Below the pieces are notes generated by a model. It ran no database searches, was not told where the DNA came from, and saw only the letters and a list, made by a program, of their open reading frames with translations. Shown one piece after another: positions 1 to 9,385 of a DNA stretch of 64,000 nt. This DNA comes from an uncultured delta proteobacterium. GTDB taxonomy: Bacteria; Desulfobacterota; Syntrophia; Syntrophales; UBA2185. Position 1 is the stretch's first letter. Every line of letters begins with the position of its first letter. The stretch covers positions 32,001-96,000 of the forward strand of contig CAVSPA010000005.1 of NCBI GenBank assembly GCA_963729715.1, in the 5' to 3' direction. Made by a program: the position numbers and the translations under genes.

Positions 1-94
1 TGGGATCAAGAGCGCTTTTTGTTACCCATTTTACCGCACCATTCAAGCCAGGGCAATCTCCTCCACCGGTCAAATTTGCTATTTTCGTTGTCAT
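1..94 (-). CDS. pfkA: 6-phosphofructokinase family protein, N-terminus (runs off window edge)
   Basis: Manual translation MTTKIANLTGGGDCPGLNGAVKWVTKSALDP contains the PFK TGGGDxPGxN motif; not in the ORF track; only 31 codons visible. Confidence 0.75.
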   Translation of the reverse strand, partial: MTTKIANLTGGGDCPGLNGAVKWVTKSALDP

Positions 95-240
95 GCTCGT
101 TTCTCACTTCTTAAGTGTTGAAAATTCAGAATGCGGTTATTTTGAATTGTTATACGTGAATACTGTTTCGTATCTTCTTGTTTTTGCTGTCCTGCTTTTT
201 CTTTTACCTGTTTGCCAAAGTCGTACATGGACTTTCCCAT
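91..240 (-). CDS. Small hydrophilic protein (49 aa) downstream of csp
   Basis: MGKSMYDFGKQVKEKAGQQKQED...SEKRA*; AGGAG RBS; stop overlaps the pfk ATG (ATGA). Confidence 0.45.
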   Translation of the reverse strand: MGKSMYDFGKQVKEKAGQQKQEDTKQYSRITIQNNRILNFQHLRSEKRA

Positions 241-355
241 TTTTAAGCTCCTATTTTTATCTTTCTTTCAAACATTACAGAATATGCTGAAAATGCAGAG
301 ACGTTCCAAAACAGAATATCGTAATGGAACGCCCCTTTCCTTACCCAAGGTTTAA

Positions 356-556
356 TCAACTGAGTTTCACGTTTTCTGCTGCAGGGCCTTTTTTACCCTG
401 GACAACATCAAAGCTTACAGATTGACCTTCAGTTAAAGTCTTGAAACCAGCTGCTTGAATGGCACTATAATGGACGAAAACATCTCCACCATCATTCTTC
501 TCGATAAATCCAAAACCTTTACTCTCGTTAAACCATTTTACTTTACCTTCTGACAT
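356..556 (-). CDS. csp: Cold-shock protein
   Basis: GKVKWFN, KGFGFI (RNP1), DVFVHYSAI (RNP2); strong AGGAGG RBS. Confidence 0.97.
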   Translation of the reverse strand: MSEGKVKWFNESKGFGFIEKNDGGDVFVHYSAIQAAGFKTLTEGQSVSFDVVQGKKGPAAENVKLS

Positions 557-1046
557 AATTAGTCTCCTCCTTTCTTAGAATTTACCAAAAGTCGAATTAC
601 CAATATTACAGAAACGAAAAAGCCACCAAACTCTAAAGAGCATGGTGGCCACCTTTGCACTTCAAATTGTTATAACTCAACTTTAACTGTACCATACTGA
701 CTTAAGACCATAGCGAGGTACAGGATATGTTTACATGGTACTTTACTGTTTGCTCAAAGGCAAGGCATATCTCATTATATTTTAGTAATTTATTCACACT
801 CCGATAAAGCGGTCAGCTGGTCGGAAATGATACGTAACCAATATAGTGCCTTCGCTTGCAAAAAATTTTGCAGACATATGCACAAGATGATGATTGCCGC
901 TTTTTATCAGCACTATTCCCTTTTTTTGTCTGATTGTAGATTTCAGTCAATAATGATTAGCGTTTGAAAGGAAGTGTGCCAGTCTAAATTACCAAACGCT
1001 TGACAAGGAAGGACTCAATGCATTCCAAGATAGAAGAACGGCAATC

Positions 1047-2396
1047 GGTAGTGTAAAATCTTTTGTGTAAATTCATGATGGTAGAAAAAAAGGCGCTTTT
1101 CCTTTACAAGGGTTTATCCCAAAACCTGAGAGAAAGGAGAAAGCGCCATGAAACTGGAGATTACAGTAGCCGAAGTTAAGGAGATTTTCAAGGAGATTCA
1201 GGAGCAGCCGGAGCAACTTTTTGAGATGGTGCGATTGGACATTAAAGAGACCGTTGGGCAATATCTGACAGCGCTGATGAATGCGGAACTCACCCACTTT
1301 CTGGGGAGAGAACCCTATGAACGTGGTAAGGATGAAATAAATCATCGCAATGGCACCTATGATCGTAACTTCACATTAAAAGACATTGGGGAGGTAAAGG
1401 TCAAAATTCCCCGAGACCGGGAGGGTGATTTTAAGACCAATGTTATTCCCCGGAGCAAGCAGTACGAAGAAGAGATAAGCCGGGATTTAAGCCTGATGTT
1501 TTTAACGGGAATCAGTACCCGGAGTCTTTCCATGATCTCCCGTAGATTGATCGGGCGGCGTATTTCCCATACAGAGATCAGCCACGCAAATACTGATCTG
1601 ACAGAGGCCGTTGAGAAGTGGAGGATGAGAGATCTATCCCAGGAACCCATCAAATATCTCTTTGTGGATGGTGTGACTTTCCGTATGCGTGTGGGAAGAA
1701 GTGTTGAGTTAATACCTGTTCTGGTGTCTATCGGTGTTACAGAAAGAGGCCACAAGCTGGTTGTAGGTTTGCAAGCCGGGGACAAAGAGTCTGCTTCCTC
1801 CTGGAGGGAGTTTTTCAAGGATTTAAAAGTTCGTGGATTGGATGGCCAGAAAGTTACCCTGGGAATCATGGATGGTTTATCGGGATTGGAATCTGTTTTT
1901 GAAGAAGAGTTTCCCAAAGCCAAGATCCAACGCTGCCAGGTCCATGTTGCCCGGAATGTTCTGGCCAAGGTACCTAAGAAACTGAAACAAGCTGTGGCGA
2001 ATGATGTAAGAACCATCTTCTATGCCTCTTCAAAGGAGACGGCGCTGGAATCTTTTGAAATCTTCAAAAGGAAATGGGAGAAGGATATCCCTTCTGCCGT
2101 AAGTTGTTTAGAGAGATCCATTGACGCCTGTTTGTCTTTTTTCAACTTCCCCAAGGAAGAGTGGATTTCATTGAGAACCACAAATATCATTGAACGGTTG
2201 AACAAGGAATTTAAACGGAGAACAAAGTCCATGGAGATATTGGCCGGAGAGTCTGCCTGCTATCGTCTCCTGGCCTTTGTCTCTTTAAAAATGGAACTGC
2301 ATTGGAGATCAAACCCCGTAGGAAAAGTGCAAAAAAACCTGCCATTCTTTCAAGAAGTGGCCTATGAAAAATTTACACAATAAAATTGACAGTACC
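1047..2396 (+). mobile_element. IS256-family insertion sequence, 1350 bp
   Basis: 27-bp imperfect terminal IRs (GGTAGTGTAAAATCTTTTGTGTAAATT vs reverse complement GGTACTGTCAATTTTATTGTGTAAATT, 22/27); 8-bp direct repeat CGGCAATC at 1039-1046 and 2397-2404. Confidence 0.95.
1148..2383 (+). CDS. IS256-family (Mutator-type) DDE transposase
   Basis: RNG..R, IPRDREG.F, YLFVDG, IMDG, QRCQVH, RTTNIIERLNKEFKRR motifs. Confidence 0.95.
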   Translation: MKLEITVAEVKEIFKEIQEQPEQLFEMVRLDIKETVGQYLTALMNAELTHFLGREPYERGKDEINHRNGTYDRNFTLKDIGEVKVKIPRDREGDFKTNVIPRSKQYEEEISRDLSLMFLTGISTRSLSMISRRLIGRRISHTEISHANTDLTEAVEKWRMRDLSQEPIKYLFVDGVTFRMRVGRSVELIPVLVSIGVTERGHKLVVGLQAGDKESASSWREFFKDLKVRGLDGQKVTLGIMDGLSGLESVFEEEFPKAKIQRCQVHVARNVLAKVPKKLKQAVANDVRTIFYASSKETALESFEIFKRKWEKDIPSAVSCLERSIDACLSFFNFPKEEWISLRTTNIIERLNKEFKRRTKSMEILAGESACYRLLAFVSLKMELHWRSNPVGKVQKNLPFFQEVAYEKFTQ

Positions 2397-2482
2397 CGGC
2401 AATCAGCATTTGCATGCTTTAAATGGTTATCATTGGCTTGGCACAGGCCAAAATTCGCTTATTGATTTTCAATGGTCAAAGC

Positions 2483-3400
2483 TTATTTGTTAAACTGGCT
2501 ATAAATATTCCCCTTGATCCCCCCTTCAAATGGTTGTTGGGTAAGCACCTCATGAACAGCTGCTTTCACTTCATTCAATATCTTCTTAGATTTTGGCAGT
2601 AACGCAGCCCACTCCTTGCTATCTTTGCTTAGTGTATATATCCTGACTGGTCCTTGTTTTGTGTGGTACCATCGATAGCCATCTATAAATCCGACATGAA
2701 AATCCCGTCCTTCATCCCGATAATATAATTGTACTCCGTGGCGATCATTATAATAAAATTCTCCTGAGGATCGTTTGAACTTAAATGAGGGGATCTCGAT
2801 CCATTCGATATCATAATTTGCAAAAGGCTTGGTTGAGAGAGAACGAAAAACAATGTTGATCTTATTCTCTCCGGCCCAATGCTTGAATCCTTCTGTGTCC
2901 AAATCATATCCTAGATTTATCATTCCACTGTATGCGCAAACACCTACAACAAAATCAAACCTGGTTGTTGCCAACGCACACTGTCCCAGGAATCGTTGGA
3001 TTTCTCCGTTTGGCCTTCGGCCTTTCGTGAACGATACGAGTTTAATTTCGACAGCGAGTTTACAATTACTGGTGTCCTGAGCAACCAGATCGAAATTGTT
3101 CTGAGTTCCGAATGCATTGACGGTAGCCCAGCCCTTGCTCTCCTTCCAGCATTTGTCGCAACCCTCTTGAATGCGCCCTTTGCCTTCACGAGCGCTTCCA
3201 CAATCGGGAGCACATCGGATTCTTTTCCCCCATGGATGGCTAAAGAGAAATACGTCTGTTTCTGTTCTGCTAATCTCAGATGCGATAGGCAGCACAAATT
3301 TTTGTTCAAAATAAGTTTCATTTAACATGCGTTCTGGTTTCCTTATGCGCTCGTTTTCCAATCTGGCAATTAATTTGTCTTTGAATGATGTAATAGGCAT
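2483..3400 (-). CDS. Hypothetical protein, PD-(D/E)XK nuclease-like N-terminal domain
   Basis: NNFDLV...LAVEIKLV motif; four-Cys insert; GGAGG RBS before ATG at 3400. Confidence 0.5.
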   Translation of the reverse strand: MPITSFKDKLIARLENERIRKPERMLNETYFEQKFVLPIASEISRTETDVFLFSHPWGKRIRCAPDCGSAREGKGRIQEGCDKCWKESKGWATVNAFGTQNNFDLVAQDTSNCKLAVEIKLVSFTKGRRPNGEIQRFLGQCALATTRFDFVVGVCAYSGMINLGYDLDTEGFKHWAGENKINIVFRSLSTKPFANYDIEWIEIPSFKFKRSSGEFYYNDRHGVQLYYRDEGRDFHVGFIDGYRWYHTKQGPVRIYTLSKDSKEWAALLPKSKKILNEVKAAVHEVLTQQPFEGGIKGNIYSQFNK

Positions 3401-3566
3401 CGCACTACCTCCGTCTAACAATCAGTCTGATCATGTGGTATGTCTGATGGAAATTTGTATTTGAAGCTGCCGATCCCTCTCTATATGCGGGCGCCATTGA
3501 TGTACCAACGTATGCCATATTTATATAAGCTGTCAAGCATACTTCATCTCGTGACGCTTCATCAAA

Positions 3567-4244
3567 CTAACCTCTACGAGCTATTCTTGAAATGATTTTT
3601 TGTTGTAGTTGAATAATTTTCTCAATCTGTCCCAGACGCCTTTGAATCGCATTTTGAGTAAGTCCTTTGCATCGCGTCTTTTCTAATTTGTGTGTTTCTA
3701 AATCCAGCTTCCTCTTGCGCAATTCATATTTCTTCTGAAACATCTCACTCTTCTTAGTCAACCGCTCCAGGAATAACTCCAGCCATTTTTGAGAATTCGC
3801 CAGCTTCTTGTCAGTCAGTACTTTGAGAAGCTCGCGCCTATTCTGTTTCTCCAAAAGCATCTCGGCCTTTATATCTAGTTGTCTCTGGCGCAGCTCCCAA
3901 TTCTTCTGTTTCTCGAGGAGGAATTCTTTCAGAAAATAGATTGCGATCTGTCTATAGAAATCATTTTTCACAGTTACTACCGATTCATCGTCGTTGACGT
4001 CGAACTCAGCCGGCACTATGTACCTCTCCAATATATTGTCGCCCTCCTCATCGAACTGGCTGATCTCCTTCTTCTTGCGGAAGTATTCCGTTATACGTTT
4101 GTTCTTAGCCTTCTTTATGGAACGATGCAGTTGATGCATATCGTCTCGATCAGTCTCCAGAAGATGAAGCCATGCATCTTGAAAAGCATCACCGTTCGAA
4201 GGAATATGCTCCTCTATTATTCTCGATATCTCTGCCACGTTCAT
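3567..4244 (-). CDS. Hypothetical protein, sigma-70 region-2-like N-terminus plus coiled coil
   Basis: DAFQDAWLHLLE...AKNKRITEYFRKKK pattern; K/E/L-rich helical C-terminus; GGAGG RBS. Confidence 0.5.
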   Translation of the reverse strand: MNVAEISRIIEEHIPSNGDAFQDAWLHLLETDRDDMHQLHRSIKKAKNKRITEYFRKKKEISQFDEEGDNILERYIVPAEFDVNDDESVVTVKNDFYRQIAIYFLKEFLLEKQKNWELRQRQLDIKAEMLLEKQNRRELLKVLTDKKLANSQKWLELFLERLTKKSEMFQKKYELRKRKLDLETHKLEKTRCKGLTQNAIQRRLGQIEKIIQLQQKIISRIARRG

Positions 4245-4377
4245 ATTGCCTCCATCATCAAGTGTATGATATGAATAGTTAGATTCTCTTATAGTCGAAC
4301 AACTTGAACGATAGCAAAATCAATTTACCATTTCCGCGGGCAATACGTTAGACAGCCTCCCTGCTCCAGTCTAACTA

Positions 4378-4636
4378 TTCCCTGTTCCTTGAATTTGATT
4401 CCCTGATATGCTAGAATAATTTCCTGATACGTTGAGTAGGGAATTTTATCTGTAACCGAGGGGAATGAGCCTTCATATTGCCAGAGGTTTTTTCTTTTGA
4501 GTACCAGAAGGGGCAAGATTCCCTGTAAATTCCCTGTTTATCAGGGAATTCGGAGCGCGAGGAGCGCTATGAAGAGACTGCCTCCGCCACCATATAATTA
4601 ATGGAGGGTTAGATTGAAGCGGTTAACCCTTTTTTA
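4378..4636 (+). repeat. TTCCCTG motif cluster, tRNA-3'-like CTCCGCCACCA and terminator; putative island boundary/att site
   Basis: TTCCCTG at 4378, 4399, 4519, 4530; inverted AGGGAATT at 4438 and 4543; CCA ends 4592; AGGGTTA..TAACCCT hairpin plus T run 4605-4635. Confidence 0.45.
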
Positions 4637-4688
4637 ATGCTACTCTTTGCAGTGCCTTTTATTTTACCGGACATCAGGGACGCTACCC

Positions 4689-5402
4689 ATGAAGGAACTT
4701 GATGCGGAGACTCTCGCGCAATTCGACGGACAGGAGGGAAGACCTGTCCATATTGCATACCAGGGAAAGGTCTTCGATGTAAGCGGCAGCAAACTGTGGC
4801 AAGGCGGCCTGCACATGAAGCGCCACCATGCGTCCCGAGATCTAAGCGCAGAGATTGAGGCAGCTCCTCACGGTGAGGAGGTCTTTGAAAGATACCCGCA
4901 GGTGGGCATTCTAAGGGAGAAGACGGAGCCCATGAGGGCTATGCCGGCGATACTCTCGTCCCTTATCAGCCGGTTTCCTTTTCTCGAAAGACACCCTCAT
5001 CCCATGACGGTACATTTCCCTATCGTCTTCTTTTTATCCGTTGTCCTCTTCAACATTCTATATCTCTCTTACAGCGTAGATTCATTCAAGAGCACCTCTT
5101 TGCACTGTCTCATTGCAGGGCTGTTATCTCTGCCCCTGGCCATGCTGACGGGATTGTTTACCTGGTGGCTGAATTACCTCGCGCGGCCGGTACGGGCAGT
5201 GACGCTGAAGATTATACTATCCGCCGGTCTTTTCATTGCGGGAGCAGGCGCCCTTCTCTTACGGATATTCGTGCCCGGCGTACTTGAGACCCAGGGGATT
5301 GCACGGATTATTTACTTGATGCTCATCCTGTCCTTCGTACCGCTTGTATCCTGTATAGGATGGCTCGGCGCGACTTTAACCTTCCCTATCGCGAGGAAAT
5401 AA
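4689..5402 (+). CDS. Cytochrome b5-like heme/steroid-binding domain plus DUF2231-like membrane domain
   Basis: FDG..G.PVHIAYQGKVFDVS.S.LW..G.H...H, APHG; HPMTVHFPI; four TM helices. Confidence 0.85.
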   Translation: MKELDAETLAQFDGQEGRPVHIAYQGKVFDVSGSKLWQGGLHMKRHHASRDLSAEIEAAPHGEEVFERYPQVGILREKTEPMRAMPAILSSLISRFPFLERHPHPMTVHFPIVFFLSVVLFNILYLSYSVDSFKSTSLHCLIAGLLSLPLAMLTGLFTWWLNYLARPVRAVTLKIILSAGLFIAGAGALLLRIFVPGVLETQGIARIIYLMLILSFVPLVSCIGWLGATLTFPIARK

Positions 5403-5593
5403 CGCCGGGACCTTTTTCCTTCGCGGACACGCTGAATTGCTCTGCTTCTTTATTTCTTGCCTATAACAGGCAGAAATTCTTACAGAATATTTTTATTTGA
5501 CTTGTAACGCAATTTCCTTTAAAAAACAGCAGACTCAAATCCACTATAGCGCCGTATATCTTGTGCTATCCCATCTCACAAAAGGAGGATAAA

Positions 5594-6784
5594 ATGAAAC
5601 GCTTGTCTTTCTTCATCACGCTAATCTTTATCGTCAGTCTTTTTTCAGTAAGTGCGTATGCCCAGGGGGTACTTAAGCTGGGTATCCCTCTGCCCCTCAC
5701 GGGCACTAACGCGAAATTCGGAGAAATAGAAAAGAAGTCCTATGAGATCGCCATGCAGGAAATAAACGCCACGGGAGGCATAAAAGGGAAAAAGATAGTC
5801 CTGGAATTTGAGGACTCTGAGGGCAAACCGGAAGTGGCGCGGTCCATAGTTGAGAGACTCGTCGATGTGAAAAAACAGCCGGTAGTTTTCGGTGAGTACA
5901 GCTCTTCCTGCTCTAAAGCGATTGCAGCGGTGGCCGAGGAAAGAAAAGTCCCTTATCTTGTCGTCACCGGCGCAACGGATGATATTACCCAGCAGAAATA
6001 CAAATACGTCTTCCGCCTGAACCCCACAAACGCATACTATGCAACAGGACTTATGTCGTTCCTTAATACAGTCGTGAAGCCAAAGACGATCGCAATTCTT
6101 TATGAGAGCTCGGACTTCGGGACCTCCGGCGCCGAGGACATGGTGCATCAGGCGAAAAAAGCCGGCATAAAAGTCCTCTTAAAAGAGCAGTATGAAAAAG
6201 GCGCGGTGGATTTCAGACCGATTTTATCGAAAGTAAAATCTGAAAAACCTGATGTCATCTATATGGTGTCGTATGTTATGGATGCGGCGCTGCTAATGAG
6301 ACAGATAAAAGAATTGCGGATCGACGCAAAACTCTATGCGGGCGGCGCGGCCGGATTCGCCATCCCGGAATTTATACAGAATGCGAAAGAGGCTTCAGAG
6401 CTTGTCATGACAGCCACCCTCTGGAGTCCCCAAATAGCGTATCCCGGGGCAAGGGAATTTGCAGAAAAATACAAGAAACTCTACAGGGATTACCCCTCCT
6501 ATCATGGTGCAGAGGCGTATTCAGCCCTTTATGTTATAAAGGATGCCCTTACCCGGGCAAGATCCTGGAAGCCGGATGACATCCGCGTGGCCTTGAGATC
6601 GACAAACATGATGACTGCCTTCGGCCCGGTAAAATTTCAAGATAAGGAAGGCTATACGAACCAGAACTTCATGGACACCCTTGTGATGCAAGTCATCAAA
6701 GGAAAACACGAAACCATCTGGCCACAGAAATATGCAAGCGCGAAATACGTATACCCTATCCCGAAATGGAGAGAACGAAGGTAG
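5594..6784 (+). CDS. livK: Branched-chain amino acid ABC transporter substrate-binding protein
   Basis: Signal peptide; PLTG..A.FG...A...IN..GG..GKKI LivJ/K pattern; AAGGAGG RBS. Confidence 0.88.
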   Translation: MKRLSFFITLIFIVSLFSVSAYAQGVLKLGIPLPLTGTNAKFGEIEKKSYEIAMQEINATGGIKGKKIVLEFEDSEGKPEVARSIVERLVDVKKQPVVFGEYSSSCSKAIAAVAEERKVPYLVVTGATDDITQQKYKYVFRLNPTNAYYATGLMSFLNTVVKPKTIAILYESSDFGTSGAEDMVHQAKKAGIKVLLKEQYEKGAVDFRPILSKVKSEKPDVIYMVSYVMDAALLMRQIKELRIDAKLYAGGAAGFAIPEFIQNAKEASELVMTATLWSPQIAYPGAREFAEKYKKLYRDYPSYHGAEAYSALYVIKDALTRARSWKPDDIRVALRSTNMMTAFGPVKFQDKEGYTNQNFMDTLVMQVIKGKHETIWPQKYASAKYVYPIPKWRERR

Positions 6785-6798
6785 CGGACGGGGGATGA

Positions 6799-7722
6799 AT
6801 GGAGCAGCTTGAACTCTTTTTACAGACCCTGATATCGGGGTTCATGTTAGGGGGCCTTTATGCGCTGATTGGCCTTGGTATGGCGCTTATTATGGGCGTC
6901 ATGAGGGTTATCAACCTTGCCCACGGCGATTTCATGATGATAGCCATGTATATCGCCTACTGGCTTTTTACGCTGTTTGACATAGACCCCTATGTCTCTG
7001 TGTTTATTGCTGCCCCAGCACTCTTTTTGTTCGGCCTTGCAATTCAAAAGTACCTGTTAACCCCTGTCATGAAGGTGGAATCCATACTGCCCCATAACCT
7101 GGTGATACTCACCGTGGGTCTGGCTATGGTATTTTCCAACCTTGCAACGGTATTCTTCACAGGAGACTATCGGTCCACACCGGTAAGCTATGCTTCAAAT
7201 GCCTGGTATCTGACGGATTACTGGCCGGACTCTCCGATAGAACTGTCCCTTTCCATGCCCTGGACATTGTCGTTTGTCGTTGCGGTTATTATCACAATAG
7301 CCTTATGGATATTCCTCACCAAGACAGATACGGGGAAGTCTATCAGAGCCACAGCACAGGATGTCGATGCGGCGCTCCTGTTGGGCGTCAATGTAAACCG
7401 GGTGAGGATGGTAACCTTCGGCATCGGATTGGTCCTTGTTGCGGCTGCCGGCTGTCTTTTCATCCCCATATATTATCTCTACCCGGCGCTGGGGAGGCAG
7501 TTCACGAATGTCGGGTTCGTTATTACAGTCATCGGCGGCATGGGTTCAACAAACGGCGCCGTAATCGGGGGATTGATCCTCGGCATTTTTGAGTCCATGA
7601 CGGCCACCTATATCGGGATGGGATGGGCGCCTGCGGGAAGATTCGCAATCTTCGTGGCAGCCCTCGTATTTCTGCCCGGAGGGATAGCATCGATCATCCG
7701 GAAGAGGAGGTTAGGAAAATGA
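6799..7722 (+). CDS. livH: BCAA ABC permease
   Basis: GGLYALIGLG..LIMGV.RVINLAHG; G..IRA..QD...A.L.GVN. Confidence 0.9.
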   Translation: MEQLELFLQTLISGFMLGGLYALIGLGMALIMGVMRVINLAHGDFMMIAMYIAYWLFTLFDIDPYVSVFIAAPALFLFGLAIQKYLLTPVMKVESILPHNLVILTVGLAMVFSNLATVFFTGDYRSTPVSYASNAWYLTDYWPDSPIELSLSMPWTLSFVVAVIITIALWIFLTKTDTGKSIRATAQDVDAALLLGVNVNRVRMVTFGIGLVLVAAAGCLFIPIYYLYPALGRQFTNVGFVITVIGGMGSTNGAVIGGLILGIFESMTATYIGMGWAPAGRFAIFVAALVFLPGGIASIIRKRRLGK

Positions 7723-8663
7723 AAAAATACCTGCCTCTCATAATCTTTGCCGGCCTTTGCGCCGTCCCGTTGATGGATCTCAGTTCATATGTCATGCACA
7801 TACTCATCCTCGTCCTCATGTGGTCCGTAATCGGTATGGCATGGAACATCCTCGGCGGTTATACAGGCCAAGTCTCCTTCGGACATGCAGCCTTCTTCGG
7901 CTTTGGTGCATACACAGCGGGCATCCTCTATTACCATTTAGAAATATCGGCTTGGTGGGGCATACCGGCATGCGTCCCCATACTCACGGTGCTCTCTCTG
8001 GTTGTCGGATATATCTGTCTGCGGCTCAGGGGCGCCTACTTTGCCCTTGCCACCCTTGCCCTCGGTGAAATATGCAGGGTAACCACAGAAAACCTTGTCG
8101 ATTTCACCCAGGGGAACATGGGAATAATGATAAGGGAAAGGACATGGGTAGACAAGACTTGGTACTTCTACATCATACTCTTCATTGCCGCGGGAACATT
8201 TGTCCTCATTAAGATAGTCATGGAATCCAAGCTCGGATATTATTTCGTGGCCATCAGGGAGGACCAGGATGCTGCGGAGTCCCTCGGAATAGACACAACC
8301 TTTTATAAAACAATCTCCCTTTGCCTAAGCGGCGTCCTCACCGGTATCGCAGGCGCCTTTTTCATGAACTACATGGGATATATTGATCCCGGTGTCGTAT
8401 TTCCCCTCTACGACATTTCCATAACAACAGTGATGGTCGTTATGGTGGGCGGCGCTGCCACTTATTGGGGCCCCGTCGTAGGCGCTGTCATCATGGTTTT
8501 CCTTGCCGAAGAAATACGCTCCCTCCCGTATATAGGGGCCGCACACATGACTATCTTCGGCGTCATTCTCATACTGATTATCCTGTTCGTGCCCAATGGT
8601 ATTGTCGGCGATTATCGAAGATTACTGAAACCCTTCAAGCGCAAAAAGGAGGCGTCATCATGA
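7719..8663 (+). CDS. livM: BCAA ABC permease
   Basis: WNILGGYTGQVSFGHAAFFG; RLRGAYFALATLA; AIREDQDAAESLG. Confidence 0.9.
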   Translation: MKKYLPLIIFAGLCAVPLMDLSSYVMHILILVLMWSVIGMAWNILGGYTGQVSFGHAAFFGFGAYTAGILYYHLEISAWWGIPACVPILTVLSLVVGYICLRLRGAYFALATLALGEICRVTTENLVDFTQGNMGIMIRERTWVDKTWYFYIILFIAAGTFVLIKIVMESKLGYYFVAIREDQDAAESLGIDTTFYKTISLCLSGVLTGIAGAFFMNYMGYIDPGVVFPLYDISITTVMVVMVGGAATYWGPVVGAVIMVFLAEEIRSLPYIGAAHMTIFGVILILIILFVPNGIVGDYRRLLKPFKRKKEASS

Positions 8664-9385
8664 GTCTCATTGAGGTGAATAATGTCTCAAAACAATTCGG
8701 CGGGCTTGCCGCCCTTACCGACGTTTCCTTCGTGCTCAACAAGGATGAAATACTGGGCCTCATCGGCCCGAACGGCGCGGGAAAAACGACCATGTTCAAT
8801 GTCATCAACGGATTCTACCGCCCCACGAAAGGCGACGTACTCTTGAACGGCAAGAGGGTTTCAAACCTTAGACCTCATGTACTTTGCAAGCTGGGCGTGG
8901 CAAGAACATTCCAGGTGGTAAGGCCGCTGCAGAGGATGTCCACCCTCGACAATGTCATAGCTTCGGCTTTCATAAGGACGAAGAGTAAGGCGGAGGCGGA
9001 GAAGGTGTCCCTCGAAGTGCTGCAGTTTACCGGCCTTTCCGACGACATAAATGTCCTCTCCAAGGGACTCCCCCTCGGCAAAAGAAAAAGGCTCGAGATT
9101 GCCCGCGCCCTTGCCACACAGCCGGAGATCATCCTGCTCGACGAGGCTTTTGCAGGACTCAACCCGACAGAGATTAATGAGCAGATCGAGATTGTGCAAA
9201 AGATAAGGACGGAAAGGGGAATAACCATCCTGATCATCGAACATCATATGAAGGTGATCATGGCTGTATCCGACAGAATTATCGTACTTAACTACGGTGA
9301 GAAAATAGCGGAAGGCACGCCTTCAGAAATCGGCCACAATCCCGTTGTCATTGAAGCCTACTTAGGAGAGGAACACAGTGCTTGA
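8660..9385 (+). CDS. livG: BCAA ABC ATP-binding protein
   Basis: GPNGAGKTT, ARTFQ, LLDE, IEHHM, V.EAYLG. Confidence 0.92.
   Translation: MSLIEVNNVSKQFGGLAALTDVSFVLNKDEILGLIGPNGAGKTTMFNVINGFYRPTKGDVLLNGKRVSNLRPHVLCKLGVARTFQVVRPLQRMSTLDNVIASAFIRTKSKAEAEKVSLEVLQFTGLSDDINVLSKGLPLGKRKRLEIARALATQPEIILLDEAFAGLNPTEINEQIEIVQKIRTERGITILIIEHHMKVIMAVSDRIIVLNYGEKIAEGTPSEIGHNPVVIEAYLGEEHSA

Noticed and set aside
3502..3517. sigma54 promoter upstream of the nuclease-like gene
   Set aside because: TGGCAT is present but the -12 position reads GGTA, not TTGC
4550..4592. Functional tRNA
   Set aside because: Only a CCA-type 3' end; no T-loop or cloverleaf
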